Below, one piece after another: positions 48,443 through 57,682 of a stretch of 64,000 nt of DNA; positions within the stretch are counted from its first letter, which is position 1; each line of letters begins with the position of its first letter. The stretch comes from a virus. The stretch lies in IMG/VR virus record IMGVR_UViG_3300021964_000018, positions 32,001-96,000 of that record; one strand, 5' to 3'. A program made the translations under genes and the position numbers. Below the pieces are notes generated by a model. That model searched no databases and was not told the DNA's origin. It saw only the letters and a program-made list of their open reading frames with translations.

Positions 48443-49437
48443 TGAATATTTTTATTACTGGTGAAAAAGGTTTAATTGCACAAAATATTATTAAAGAAGC
48501 AAAAGAAAACTTTCCTGATGTAAATATTATTACAGGAGCTGTTGATTATCTTAATATGCATCAAGAAGGTGAACCTTGTGTTTATAAAAATTCAATTGAT
48601 CAATGGAAATTCTTTTTTGATTTAAATCAAATTGATGTAATTATTCACAATGCAGCTGTTGTTAATACAGAAGTTGTTGGCATGAATCTTGAGCGCGCAA
48701 CACGAACCAACGACGAAGGTACATATAAGATTTGCATGGCAGCACAAAAATGTGACATTCCTGTTTGTTATATGGGAACGACTGTTATCTATGATGCATT
48801 TAAATATCAAAACGAGAAAATAACAGAAGAATCATCACGTGGACCACATACACTTTACGGCTGTCAAAAGCTAGCAGCAGAATATATTGTTAAGTCTCAT
48901 GCACCGAAATGGATGATTATTCGACCTCTATTTGCATATGGCGGAGAAGGTGATATGAATTCACTAATTGCAAAGTCAATTTATGCATGTCTTAACGGAA
49001 AGCAAGTTGATATGCGCCTAGATCCAACAAAATACAAAGATTATATGCACGTTTCAGATTATGCTAATGCAGTCTTAACAGGAATTACACAGCACCTTTG
49101 GAATGACGAATGGAACATCGCGGCAGAAACACCTCATGTAACAGAAAACATTATCAAAATGATTGAAAAGATTTGTGGTTTAGACATGTCAAATACAATC
49201 AATTGGAAATCTACTTCAGACTATACAGGTAATCATAGGTTGGATTCTAGTAAGTTTAGAAATGCTACCGGCTGGTCTCCTAAAGTTATACTAACCAAAG
49301 GAATTAGAATGTCTTATGAAACAATTCTGAATTCGGAAGGTTATAATCCATTAACACACCTTGAAGAAGCAGAAAAAAGAAACATCGACGTGGGAGAATA
49401 CTTTAATGAAGCAAGAATTGCAAGAAAGTCTATTTAA
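48442..49437 (+). CDS. NAD-dependent NDP-sugar epimerase/dehydratase (extended SDR)
   Basis: ITGEKGLIA, IHNAA, YGCQK (YxxxK), IIRP..AYG, DYMHVSD. Confidence 0.85.
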   Translation: MNIFITGEKGLIAQNIIKEAKENFPDVNIITGAVDYLNMHQEGEPCVYKNSIDQWKFFFDLNQIDVIIHNAAVVNTEVVGMNLERATRTNDEGTYKICMAAQKCDIPVCYMGTTVIYDAFKYQNEKITEESSRGPHTLYGCQKLAAEYIVKSHAPKWMIIRPLFAYGGEGDMNSLIAKSIYACLNGKQVDMRLDPTKYKDYMHVSDYANAVLTGITQHLWNDEWNIAAETPHVTENIIKMIEKICGLDMSNTINWKSTSDYTGNHRLDSSKFRNATGWSPKVILTKGIRMSYETILNSEGYNPLTHLEEAEKRNIDVGEYFNEARIARKSI

Positions 49438-49708
49438 TGCATACCCAAAGATTTTTGCGCGAAGACATATGCCAAAAGAATACACAGCGATGTGTTATGG
49501 AATTCAATGTCCAGATAGTTGGTATGATTTAATTGATACACTTTGCGGAAGAATTCAATCTTATTCTGACCAAAAAGGAATAATATGTGAAGCAAATCAA
49601 GTAAAATCAAAATTTGGTGGTTTAAGATTTTACGTAACTTATTCAGATCCCTATATTAAAGGATTGTTATCAATGGCAGAAATGATGTCGCTTAAAATAA
49701 AGGAGTAA
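49406..49708 (+). CDS. Conserved hypothetical phage protein
   Basis: W.DLI..LC...QVKSKFGGLRFY motif. Confidence 0.65.
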   Translation: MKQELQESLFNAYPKIFARRHMPKEYTAMCYGIQCPDSWYDLIDTLCGRIQSYSDQKGIICEANQVKSKFGGLRFYVTYSDPYIKGLLSMAEMMSLKIKE

Positions 49709-49710
49709 TA

Positions 49711-50457
49711 ATGTCACATTCACAATATAAATGTCAAGTTCAAGGAAAAGAAAGTTATATTGATAATCAATTTGTTATCTTTTCTCAATCTTACTTAATG
49801 AATCAGGTTCATATCTACAATAAAGAAAAAGGTCACACAACAAAAAATCGAGTTAAATTATTAGAATTGGGATGTTATAACGGTCGTGTTATGCACTTTA
49901 TGACGCAACAAATGTTATTTGTTGATTATACAGGTGTTGATGTTACTCATCAGTATCTTGCACATTCACCGGTCGCAAATCGAAAAGACGTAACCTTGCT
50001 TTGCGAAGACGTAACAAAAGGATTGTCATTGGCTGACGGTTCTCAAGATATGATTATCAGCTCAGAAGTGTTAGAGCATATCAATCCAGAAGATTTACCA
50101 GGCGTAATGAGAACACTTTATAACAAGCTTAAAGTAGGTGGGCGATGTTGTGTTGCGTTTCCGATGAATACACGTGACACAATGTTTCACAATCTTGAAA
50201 AAGAACAAGGTTTAGGTCACGTTAATTTTCCTGTCTATGAAGACTTTATTGAACTTTGTGAAAACATCGGATTTACCTTACATCATTATGATAGTGGGTT
50301 TTCGCTTAAATCAAGTTTTAGAACACCTCGTTATGGAAAAGATCCGCTATATGACAAGTTAAGAGATCGACTAGGTTCACCTGCTGCTCGAGCTGTTTGG
50401 ATGACAATAACTGATGATCATACTGGTGGAGGATATTTTACTTTTGATAAGTTGTAA
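49711..50457 (+). CDS. Class I SAM-dependent methyltransferase
   Basis: LLELGCYNG, YTGVDV, DMIISSEVLEHI, LKVGG. Confidence 0.85.
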   Translation: MSHSQYKCQVQGKESYIDNQFVIFSQSYLMNQVHIYNKEKGHTTKNRVKLLELGCYNGRVMHFMTQQMLFVDYTGVDVTHQYLAHSPVANRKDVTLLCEDVTKGLSLADGSQDMIISSEVLEHINPEDLPGVMRTLYNKLKVGGRCCVAFPMNTRDTMFHNLEKEQGLGHVNFPVYEDFIELCENIGFTLHHYDSGFSLKSSFRTPRYGKDPLYDKLRDRLGSPAARAVWMTITDDHTGGGYFTFDKL

Positions 50458-50508
50458 TTATTGCGAATAATTAATTATTGATTTATACTTTGTTAAAAAG
50501 GTGTGCAA

Positions 50509-52314
50509 ATGATTATAAATGAAAAATTAATTAAAAAACTCATTAAGGAGTCTATTAACAAGTTAATAGTTGAAAAAGCTAAGTTTACAAAAGCAGAAAA
50601 TTTTTTAAAAGATACTGAAAATCATTATGAAATTTTTGAAAATATAAAATATTCCTATAATATTGTCATGTTAAAAGATTTTGAAAATGACCTAGAAGTA
50701 AAAGAAGAAGCAAAGAAAAATATAGAAAACGTCTTTGCTGCTTTTTTACACTCTAGCCCCAAAACAGAAAAAGGAAAGGTATGGTTTTTAGATAAGTCTA
50801 TTAACAGATACGTTACAGACTTAAGCAATATTCCAGAATTTGGCAGTAATCCTTTTTATGATAGTCCAATTTTACTTAAAAGAATAAAGGAAAAAAATAA
50901 TTTTTCCGACCAAGAAGCAAAGAAAAACCTACTAGATAGAATTAAACGTTTCACGAAAGATATATCTAGAGAATTAATAGAACTAGTAAAGAAATCAGTA
51001 ACACATGATTTGCAAAGAAAACTTAAGTCAAATTTTATGGAAAAAAATAAAGACATATTAGAAAGTTTAAACTTTGTTCATTATCCTTATGCGTTTAGAG
51101 AATATTCAGAAACAGACACAACAGGGATCGGCGCAGTCTTAGAAGTCCTAGGAAAGCCCTTGGAATTTTTAAAAGGAACTGTAGTTAATAGTCCTGACGA
51201 ATTAGCTGGGATTGGTTATCCTAAAGGGGAGGAATTAAGAGATTCAATTGGTATGGGTAGCGAGTTAGGAGGAAAAATCGCGTTTCCATATATTGGTTTT
51301 CTTATAACGGGAAAGATTACTTATTTTGATGAAAAAGATGCTCAATCATCAACTTATCGAAGTAGCTTTGTTGGCGGTCAAAGAGACAGCAGCGGTTTTG
51401 TAAGATACCCAAAAGACATTCAAGGTTCAATGTCCAACCAGATACCAGGCGCGTACAAGACAAAGGAGGAATTAGAAAATTATCTTTCTAATTTTGATAA
51501 AAGATTTGGCGCGTTAACAACAGCTGAAAGAAGCGAATCTGAGATAAAAACTGGTTTTAAAAAACATAATTATGGTGAAGCTTTTATTGACAATTGGACA
51601 GCAGTTGGTATGATTGCGCAATGGGATTTAATTGTTAAAAAGTTTAGAGAAAAGCTTTTAGCAACTATAACAGGTTTAGAATTAGATCCTCAAAAAGAAT
51701 TTAAGCAATACCTTTATAAAAATAAAGGTTATTCTCCTTTTAATGATATTCAATTGACACATAGCTTAAGAACAGCTAAAAAAAATCTAGATATCGTTGC
51801 CTTAGGCGAACCTAAAATAGAAGACTTGTCGGTAAATAAAAACCGATACAAGACGGCAAAAGATAATTTAAGTTTTGAATATGGTGGTGACTCAATTCCA
51901 TACTTATCGAAAAAACTAGGTATTCAAAAAGAAGCAGTACCTTCTTTTATTGAAGACTTTATAAAAAATATTGATCCTGTTTTAGAACAACTTAAAACAG
52001 GCGAAATATTATATAGTGAGTTAAATAATCCTAAAGTAGAAGAATTCATAGATAAATATTATGAAGGTGATATAGCTTCAGATTTGCAAAAACAACAACG
52101 CAAAATAAAAAACTTGATTAAAAAAACAGGCTCAGCATCAATAATTTCAACTTTAACAATCGGTCTAGAAAAGATTAATGATGATTTAAGCAAATTTGAA
52201 GATATTAAACTAAAATCATATGATAAAAATTTCAATGAATATGATGTTAAAATATTTACAAATAATATGAGGCAAATAATAGCAGAAGCAATTGCGCAAT
52301 TAAAAAAACGTTAA
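50509..52314 (+). CDS. Hypothetical protein, putative internal head protein
   Basis: N-term MIINEKLIKKLIKESINKLIVE; preceded by ATAATTA. Confidence 0.6.
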   Translation: MIINEKLIKKLIKESINKLIVEKAKFTKAENFLKDTENHYEIFENIKYSYNIVMLKDFENDLEVKEEAKKNIENVFAAFLHSSPKTEKGKVWFLDKSINRYVTDLSNIPEFGSNPFYDSPILLKRIKEKNNFSDQEAKKNLLDRIKRFTKDISRELIELVKKSVTHDLQRKLKSNFMEKNKDILESLNFVHYPYAFREYSETDTTGIGAVLEVLGKPLEFLKGTVVNSPDELAGIGYPKGEELRDSIGMGSELGGKIAFPYIGFLITGKITYFDEKDAQSSTYRSSFVGGQRDSSGFVRYPKDIQGSMSNQIPGAYKTKEELENYLSNFDKRFGALTTAERSESEIKTGFKKHNYGEAFIDNWTAVGMIAQWDLIVKKFREKLLATITGLELDPQKEFKQYLYKNKGYSPFNDIQLTHSLRTAKKNLDIVALGEPKIEDLSVNKNRYKTAKDNLSFEYGGDSIPYLSKKLGIQKEAVPSFIEDFIKNIDPVLEQLKTGEILYSELNNPKVEEFIDKYYEGDIASDLQKQQRKIKNLIKKTGSASIISTLTIGLEKINDDLSKFEDIKLKSYDKNFNEYDVKIFTNNMRQIIAEAIAQLKKR

Positions 52315-52384
52315 TAATAATTAATAGTTATTACTAGCATTATGAGGTACAAATATTATAAATTAAACTAAGTTTTGCACCACG

Positions 52385-52422
52385 TGTAAATGTGCCACAT
52401 ACAAATTATAATTTGTATGTGG
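52385..52422 (+). promoter_or_regulatory. Promoter TGTAAA-N16-TATAAT with a perfect 28-bp palindrome over the -10
   Basis: TGTAAA 52385-52390; ccacatacaaattataatttgtatgtgg 52395-52422. Confidence 0.75.
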
Positions 52423-52447
52423 TTTTATTGTATTTAAAAGGAGTATT

Positions 52448-55400
52448 ATGCCAGTTCTTATCCCCCCACCGACCAAATTCGTCGGGCTTCATTGTCACTC
52501 AGGATTTAGCGTTTATGATGGTCTAGGTTATCCTGCTGATCATATTGATTTTGTGCTTGAAAATGGCATGGATGCCTGGGCTTTAACCGACCATGGAAAC
52601 GGTTCCGGTCTCGCACACGCACATAAACATGCCGAAAAACTCAGAAAGAAAGGTGTCAAGTATCGACAAATTTATGGTTGTGAATTTTATTTTGTGCCGT
52701 CGCTAAAACAATGGCGCGGTGATTATGAACAAGCAAAAATTGACCGTGCTGCTGCAAAACAAAAAGCAATCAAAGAAGAAGAGGAAGGTGGTCATATTAT
52801 TGAAAACGAAGAAGAAACCAAAACCTTTAAACTATCGAATGATGAATGGAAACGACGTTATCACTTGGTGATCACTGCGCAAAACGCCGAAGGTTTATCC
52901 AATCTCTTTACTCTGATTAAACGCGCCTATACAGATGGTTTCTACAGATATCCTCGAATTGATTTTGATCTTCTTAAAAAATATGGACGCGGTTTAAATG
53001 TGTCGACAGCTTGTCTTGGCGGCATATATTCAAATCGTATTATGCGTGGCAATGCGCTCAAATTATCAGACGAACAAATTCAATCTGAACTGTTGCAGCT
53101 ATCTGATCGTTTTGTTGATGCTGTCGGCGAAGATAATTTTTATCTTGAAGTTCAATTTAATCGACTTAAACAACAACACCTGGTAAATCATCATCTACTT
53201 CGACATGCTGATCAAACTGGTATTCCTCTTTTAGCAACAGCTGATTCTCATTACTATAGCCCGGATAAGTGGGAGGCGCGCGAATTGTATAAAAAACTTG
53301 GTTGGATGGGTGCTGATCCTAGTCCGCTACCTGAGTTTGAAGATTTAAAATGCGAACTATACCCTAAGAACGCAGAACAAATGTGGGGTGAGTTTACAAG
53401 ACATTATGATGAATACGAAGATACATACAAAGGTTATGAAGAAAAAATTAAAGGTGCCATTGAAAGATCGTATGAAATTGCCTGGGATAAATGCGAAGAC
53501 TGTTGGATTGATACTTCTGTTAAGCTTCCCGATTTTAACTCTCCTGAGTCGTCAGCTTTTCAAAAGCTGGGAAAAAAGGTCAAAGAGGCGCTTGTCAAAG
53601 AAGAATTGCACAAAAAACCAGAATATGTCGCCCGAGCAAAGGCAGAATTAGAAGATATCAAATACTTAGGATTTGAAAACTATTTCTTGGTGATGAATGA
53701 GGTATTTCATAAGGCGGCTGACCATACGCTGTTTGGTCCTGCCCGTGGTTCTGGTGGCGGTTCTTTGGTTAATTATTTGTTGGGAATTACTCAGGTTGAC
53801 CCGCTTAAATACGACCTTCTTTGGGAGCGGTTTCTCGGAAGACATCGAACATCTTGGCCTGACATTGATTCTGACGCTGGCGATCGCGATGCTCTTATAA
53901 ATGCAGCCCGAGAACTCTACGGTAATGAAGCTGTTATTCCTGTTTCAAACTTTAACACTCTTAAGCTTAAATCGCTAGTAAAAGATATTGCCAAGTTCTA
54001 TGGCATTGATTTTGGCGAAGTAAATAAAATGACCGGTCCATTACAAAGTGAAGTAATGGCTCAAGCACGCGATGAAAACACAGAAAAATCTGTGTTTGTC
54101 CTTAAACATGCGGATTGCATGAAATATTCAAAAGGCTATCGTGAGTTTATGGAAAAATATCCAAAAGTCAAAGATCACCTTGAAGCCTTATTCATGCAGA
54201 ACAGATCGGTTGGGCGTCATGCTGGCGGTGTTATTATTGGTCCACCCGAAGACCTTGAAAGGTCAATGCCTATTATCGGTGTTCGTGGTGAATTACAAAC
54301 TCCTTGGACGGAAGGTATGAACTTCAGAAATCTTGAGGATAATGGTTTTATTAAGTTTGACTTTCTTGGTTTGACGCTATTAAAAGACGTAGAAAACTGT
54401 ATTAGTCGAATTATTACTCGTGAAACAGGTAAGAAACCAACATTTCTCGAAATACGTGATTGGTTTGATAAACATCTAAATTGTCGTTATGTCACACAAG
54501 ATGATGAAAAGGTTTGGAAACATGTTTATCATCAACGAAGAAAAACAGGTGTCTTTCAATTTACTGCTGAAGGTGCTCGTAAGTTCTGTGAAAATGCCAA
54601 ACCAACTACAATTGAAGAATTAGCAGCATTAACAGCAATCTATCGTCCCGGTCCTCTTCGTGCTAATGTTCATAAAAAATATGTAAAGGATAAAGCCAAT
54701 GCGGAAAACATTGAATATGCACATCCTATTATTAAAGAAATCCTAGGCACGACTTTTGGTCATGTTACGTTTCAAGAACAGTTCATGCTTCTTGCACAGA
54801 AGCTAGGTGGATTCTCTCCGGCTGAATCTGATAAACTTAGAAAGACGTTAGTTAAAAAGTCATTGGATACTATGGGTAAGAAAGGTGATGAACGTGAAGC
54901 TGCTCGAATTAAATTCGTAACCGGTGCCAAAGAAATCAATGGTGTTCCGGAGCATGTATCACAAGAGTTATGGGAACGTATTGAATTCTTCTCGGTTTAT
55001 GGTTTCAATAAGTCTCATGCTATTGCCTATGCTTTGGATTCTTATTATGCAGCATGGTTGCATACTTATTATGAAACTGACTGGCTAGGTACTATTCTGG
55101 AATCCGAGAATAACAATCCTGATGCTTTGGCAAAGGCGATTAGTGAAATTAAGGCTATGGGCTTTGAAGTATCTACACCGGACATTAATGAATCAGGAAT
55201 TGCATGGACATGGTCCGAAAATAAAAAGGCGTTTATTCCACCCTTAACTTCGATTAAAGGTCTTGGTAAAAATGCTGTGAAAGAAATATTTGAAAATCGA
55301 CCTTACGAGTCAATTGATCAAATGTTATTTAATGAAGAAGGCAAATGGTATCACTCTAAACTTAACAAAACTGGATTTGCTGCATTGTGCAAGGTTGAGG

Positions 55401-55960
55401 CATTACATTCACTAAAAGAAATGTGGGATGGAACGATTAAAAATCACCGTCAGCTGCATGAAATTATTATTGAAAATTATGTTCTGCTTAAAAAATCTCG
55501 ATGGGGTATGACAATTCGTCAGGCCCAAAAGAAAGATGCACCTGACTTTTTCTTGCAATTAATTGATGATACAGCTGAAATTGAAGATTGGAATCGATTA
55601 GAAAAACTACAAATGTATCAGGATTTATGTTCAGCGACTCGTGATGACCTCGCATTTCCTGAAGAAATGTTAACTAAAATTCAATCATCAGGCGTCAAAT
55701 CAGTTTTACAGTTCGCGCCTGGTGAAAAATCAATTGGTTGGTTTTGTGTGATTGAATGGATTAAAAAGACAACCAAGAATAAGAAAACCTTTTATCGAAT
55801 TAAGATAACTGATAATCAAAATAATACAGGTTGGCTTCGAATGTGGGGTAATAAGCCTAGTTCAATGACTCCTTATTCTATCTGGCTGACTAAGGCGCAT
55901 AATGATCCGAATTGGGGTGCTTCAACAAGTGTCGCAAAAGTAAGACCTTTAATTGTGTAA
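52448..55960 (+). CDS. dnaE: DNA polymerase III alpha subunit (family C)
   Basis: PHP LHCHSGFS..DG, ALTDHG, GCEFY, DSHY; GPARGSGGGSLV.Y.LGIT.VDP, PDIDSD, HAGGV, KFDFLGL, YRPGP, YGFNKSHA. Confidence 0.95.
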   Translation: MPVLIPPPTKFVGLHCHSGFSVYDGLGYPADHIDFVLENGMDAWALTDHGNGSGLAHAHKHAEKLRKKGVKYRQIYGCEFYFVPSLKQWRGDYEQAKIDRAAAKQKAIKEEEEGGHIIENEEETKTFKLSNDEWKRRYHLVITAQNAEGLSNLFTLIKRAYTDGFYRYPRIDFDLLKKYGRGLNVSTACLGGIYSNRIMRGNALKLSDEQIQSELLQLSDRFVDAVGEDNFYLEVQFNRLKQQHLVNHHLLRHADQTGIPLLATADSHYYSPDKWEARELYKKLGWMGADPSPLPEFEDLKCELYPKNAEQMWGEFTRHYDEYEDTYKGYEEKIKGAIERSYEIAWDKCEDCWIDTSVKLPDFNSPESSAFQKLGKKVKEALVKEELHKKPEYVARAKAELEDIKYLGFENYFLVMNEVFHKAADHTLFGPARGSGGGSLVNYLLGITQVDPLKYDLLWERFLGRHRTSWPDIDSDAGDRDALINAARELYGNEAVIPVSNFNTLKLKSLVKDIAKFYGIDFGEVNKMTGPLQSEVMAQARDENTEKSVFVLKHADCMKYSKGYREFMEKYPKVKDHLEALFMQNRSVGRHAGGVIIGPPEDLERSMPIIGVRGELQTPWTEGMNFRNLEDNGFIKFDFLGLTLLKDVENCISRIITRETGKKPTFLEIRDWFDKHLNCRYVTQDDEKVWKHVYHQRRKTGVFQFTAEGARKFCENAKPTTIEELAALTAIYRPGPLRANVHKKYVKDKANAENIEYAHPIIKEILGTTFGHVTFQEQFMLLAQKLGGFSPAESDKLRKTLVKKSLDTMGKKGDEREAARIKFVTGAKEINGVPEHVSQELWERIEFFSVYGFNKSHAIAYALDSYYAAWLHTYYETDWLGTILESENNNPDALAKAISEIKAMGFEVSTPDINESGIAWTWSENKKAFIPPLTSIKGLGKNAVKEIFENRPYESIDQMLFNEEGKWYHSKLNKTGFAALCKVEALHSLKEMWDGTIKNHRQLHEIIIENYVLLKKSRWGMTIRQAQKKDAPDFFLQLIDDTAEIEDWNRLEKLQMYQDLCSATRDDLAFPEEMLTKIQSSGVKSVLQFAPGEKSIGWFCVIEWIKKTTKNKKTFYRIKITDNQNNTGWLRMWGNKPSSMTPYSIWLTKAHNDPNWGASTSVAKVRPLIV

Positions 55961-55983
55961 ATTAAAAATATTTTAATTAAAAT
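55956..55983 (+). promoter_or_regulatory. Promoter TGTAAA-N16-TAAAAT
   Basis: TGTAAA 55956-55961, TAAAAT 55978-55983. Confidence 0.65.
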
Positions 55984-56003
55984 AATACTAAAAGGAGTTT
56001 TTA

Positions 56004-56900
56004 ATGGTTAAGTTTCCTATTGAAAAAATTATAATTGAAGGTCCAGATTTAGCTGGAAAAACAACATTGCTTAATAAAATGCATGATATATCAAAATTCC
56101 GCTGGAATATACAAGATCGTTCTGCATTATCAATGCTAATTTATGCAAAAATGTATAATCGAGATACGTTTCACTTAGTTGAAAATCTTAAAAAAGAACT
56201 GTTTAATCTTAACAATCAAATTGTTTTATTACTACCACCTTTTGAAGTTTTATCAAAAAGGTTTCAAAAACGTGGTGATCCAATACAAAATTTAATATCA
56301 TTGCGAAAGCTTCATAAGCTATTTTCAGAATTTGAAGAAGAATATGGATCTTTACCAAACGTAACAGTTGTTAAAAAAGAAATTAGTGATCATGATTATA
56401 AATCAATTGTAGGTCGTTATCTTGCAATGGAACAACATGCTACAATACATCAATTTCCTGCTATGTGTGTTAATGCTGCTAATACACAGGATAACAAAGA
56501 AGTCGTTGGCCTTAGGTTTACTTATTTTGATGATGGCCAATTCACAGATGTTATTCCAGAACTTATGGAGTATAAAGGGGAAAAAGAATATTATCTTAAA
56601 ATTAGAGAAAAGTTGCATTATAAAATGATGCAAAATCATACTGACAGCCAAGATGTTTCTTCTAGAAGAATAATTTATAGCGATGATAGTTGTATTTCTT
56701 TGGCACATTTTTTAATACGTGAACAAATGTTTGATGCTAAGTTTTTTCTGCGATCATCAAATGTAAAAGATACTTTGAAATATGATATTAATTTTATTCA
56801 TTTTCTAACTAGTCATGTATATCAATCTTATCATTGCAATCAGCCTGTGAAAATAGAACTGACGTTAAACTCGGCACATATTTGTGATAGAATAGATTAG
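56004..56900 (+). CDS. Fusion of a dNMP (thymidylate-type) kinase and a minimal thymidylate-synthase-fold domain
   Basis: N-term IIIEGPDLAGKTT, IQDRS..S..IY, R..KRGD; C-term SRRII, C230, LRSSNV, YD261I, SAH292I. Confidence 0.75.
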   Translation: MVKFPIEKIIIEGPDLAGKTTLLNKMHDISKFRWNIQDRSALSMLIYAKMYNRDTFHLVENLKKELFNLNNQIVLLLPPFEVLSKRFQKRGDPIQNLISLRKLHKLFSEFEEEYGSLPNVTVVKKEISDHDYKSIVGRYLAMEQHATIHQFPAMCVNAANTQDNKEVVGLRFTYFDDGQFTDVIPELMEYKGEKEYYLKIREKLHYKMMQNHTDSQDVSSRRIIYSDDSCISLAHFLIREQMFDAKFFLRSSNVKDTLKYDINFIHFLTSHVYQSYHCNQPVKIELTLNSAHICDRID

Positions 56901-56902
56901 TT

Positions 56903-57061
56903 ATGAAAAATGATAAGCTTTGGTTATTAATTGATGGCGTACTAAAAAAACTGCATCATGCAAAATTTTGGGCTACTTCTATTGATCCTCACAAAGAAGA
57001 TATAATAAAAGCAATAGAAGCTTTAGAATCTGCAAGAAAGAAAATTGAGGAAGAAAAATGA
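56903..57061 (+). CDS. Small hypothetical protein (52 aa), not in ORF track
   Basis: MKNDKLWLLIDG...KKIEEEK*; fills the gap, with an ATGA overlap with dUTPase. Confidence 0.55.
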   Translation: MKNDKLWLLIDGVLKKLHHAKFWATSIDPHKEDIIKAIEALESARKKIEEEK

Positions 57062-57468
57062 AAATTAATATTAAAAAACTGCATCCAAATGCAGTGATCC
57101 CTGCATATGCAAAACAAGGTGATGCAGGTATGGATTTAACAGCAATCGGAATAAAAGAAACCGGTTCTCACATCACATATCATACAGGTTTGGCAATAGA
57201 AATCCCAAGAGGTTATGTGGGTTTATTGTTTCCTAGAAGCTCAATCTATAAAACAGATCAGACACTAACAAATTCAGTAGGCGTTATTGATAGCGGGTAT
57301 CGAGGTGAAATTATGATGAAATTTACTCGAGGAATTAATCATTATTGTATTGGTGATAGAATTGGTCAAATTATGATTTTACCTTATCCGCAAATTGAAT
57401 TTGAAGAAGTTGATCAACTTTCAACTTCAGAAAGAGGGGCTAATGGCTATGGAAGCACAGGAGCCTAA
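57058..57468 (+). CDS. dut: Trimeric dUTPase
   Basis: DAGMDL, PRSS, GVIDSGYRGEI, DRIGQ, RGANGYGSTG. Confidence 0.95.
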   Translation: MKINIKKLHPNAVIPAYAKQGDAGMDLTAIGIKETGSHITYHTGLAIEIPRGYVGLLFPRSSIYKTDQTLTNSVGVIDSGYRGEIMMKFTRGINHYCIGDRIGQIMILPYPQIEFEEVDQLSTSERGANGYGSTGA

Positions 57469-57682
57469 TCTAAATTCAGAAGCATATGAATATATTATTT
57501 ATGAGAATAATAAACTAATAGTTTTTCCTTCACCTTCTGGTATGCACGCAGGAATGAAAAGACATTATTATTTTAAAAAAGTTTTTAATGAATATCATTT
57601 GACAATTGTAAATAGGAAATCTTGGGAAAAATTAAAAAATCAATATAAAGTAAAAGTTTTAAAAATTAAGGAGAAAGAATGA
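57443..57682 (+). CDS. Hypothetical protein
   Basis: Overlaps both neighbours in operon-like fashion; start uncertain. Confidence 0.5.
   Translation: MAMEAQEPNLNSEAYEYIIYENNKLIVFPSPSGMHAGMKRHYYFKKVFNEYHLTIVNRKSWEKLKNQYKVKVLKIKEKE

Noticed and set aside
49711-50457. DNA methyltransferase
   Set aside because: It lacks DPPY/NPPY or PC motifs; SEVLEH indicates a small-molecule or sugar methyltransferase type.
23485-55960. Inteins or introns in RecA, helicase, NrdJ or DnaE
   Set aside because: Lengths are typical, and no splice-junction or homing endonuclease motifs were seen.
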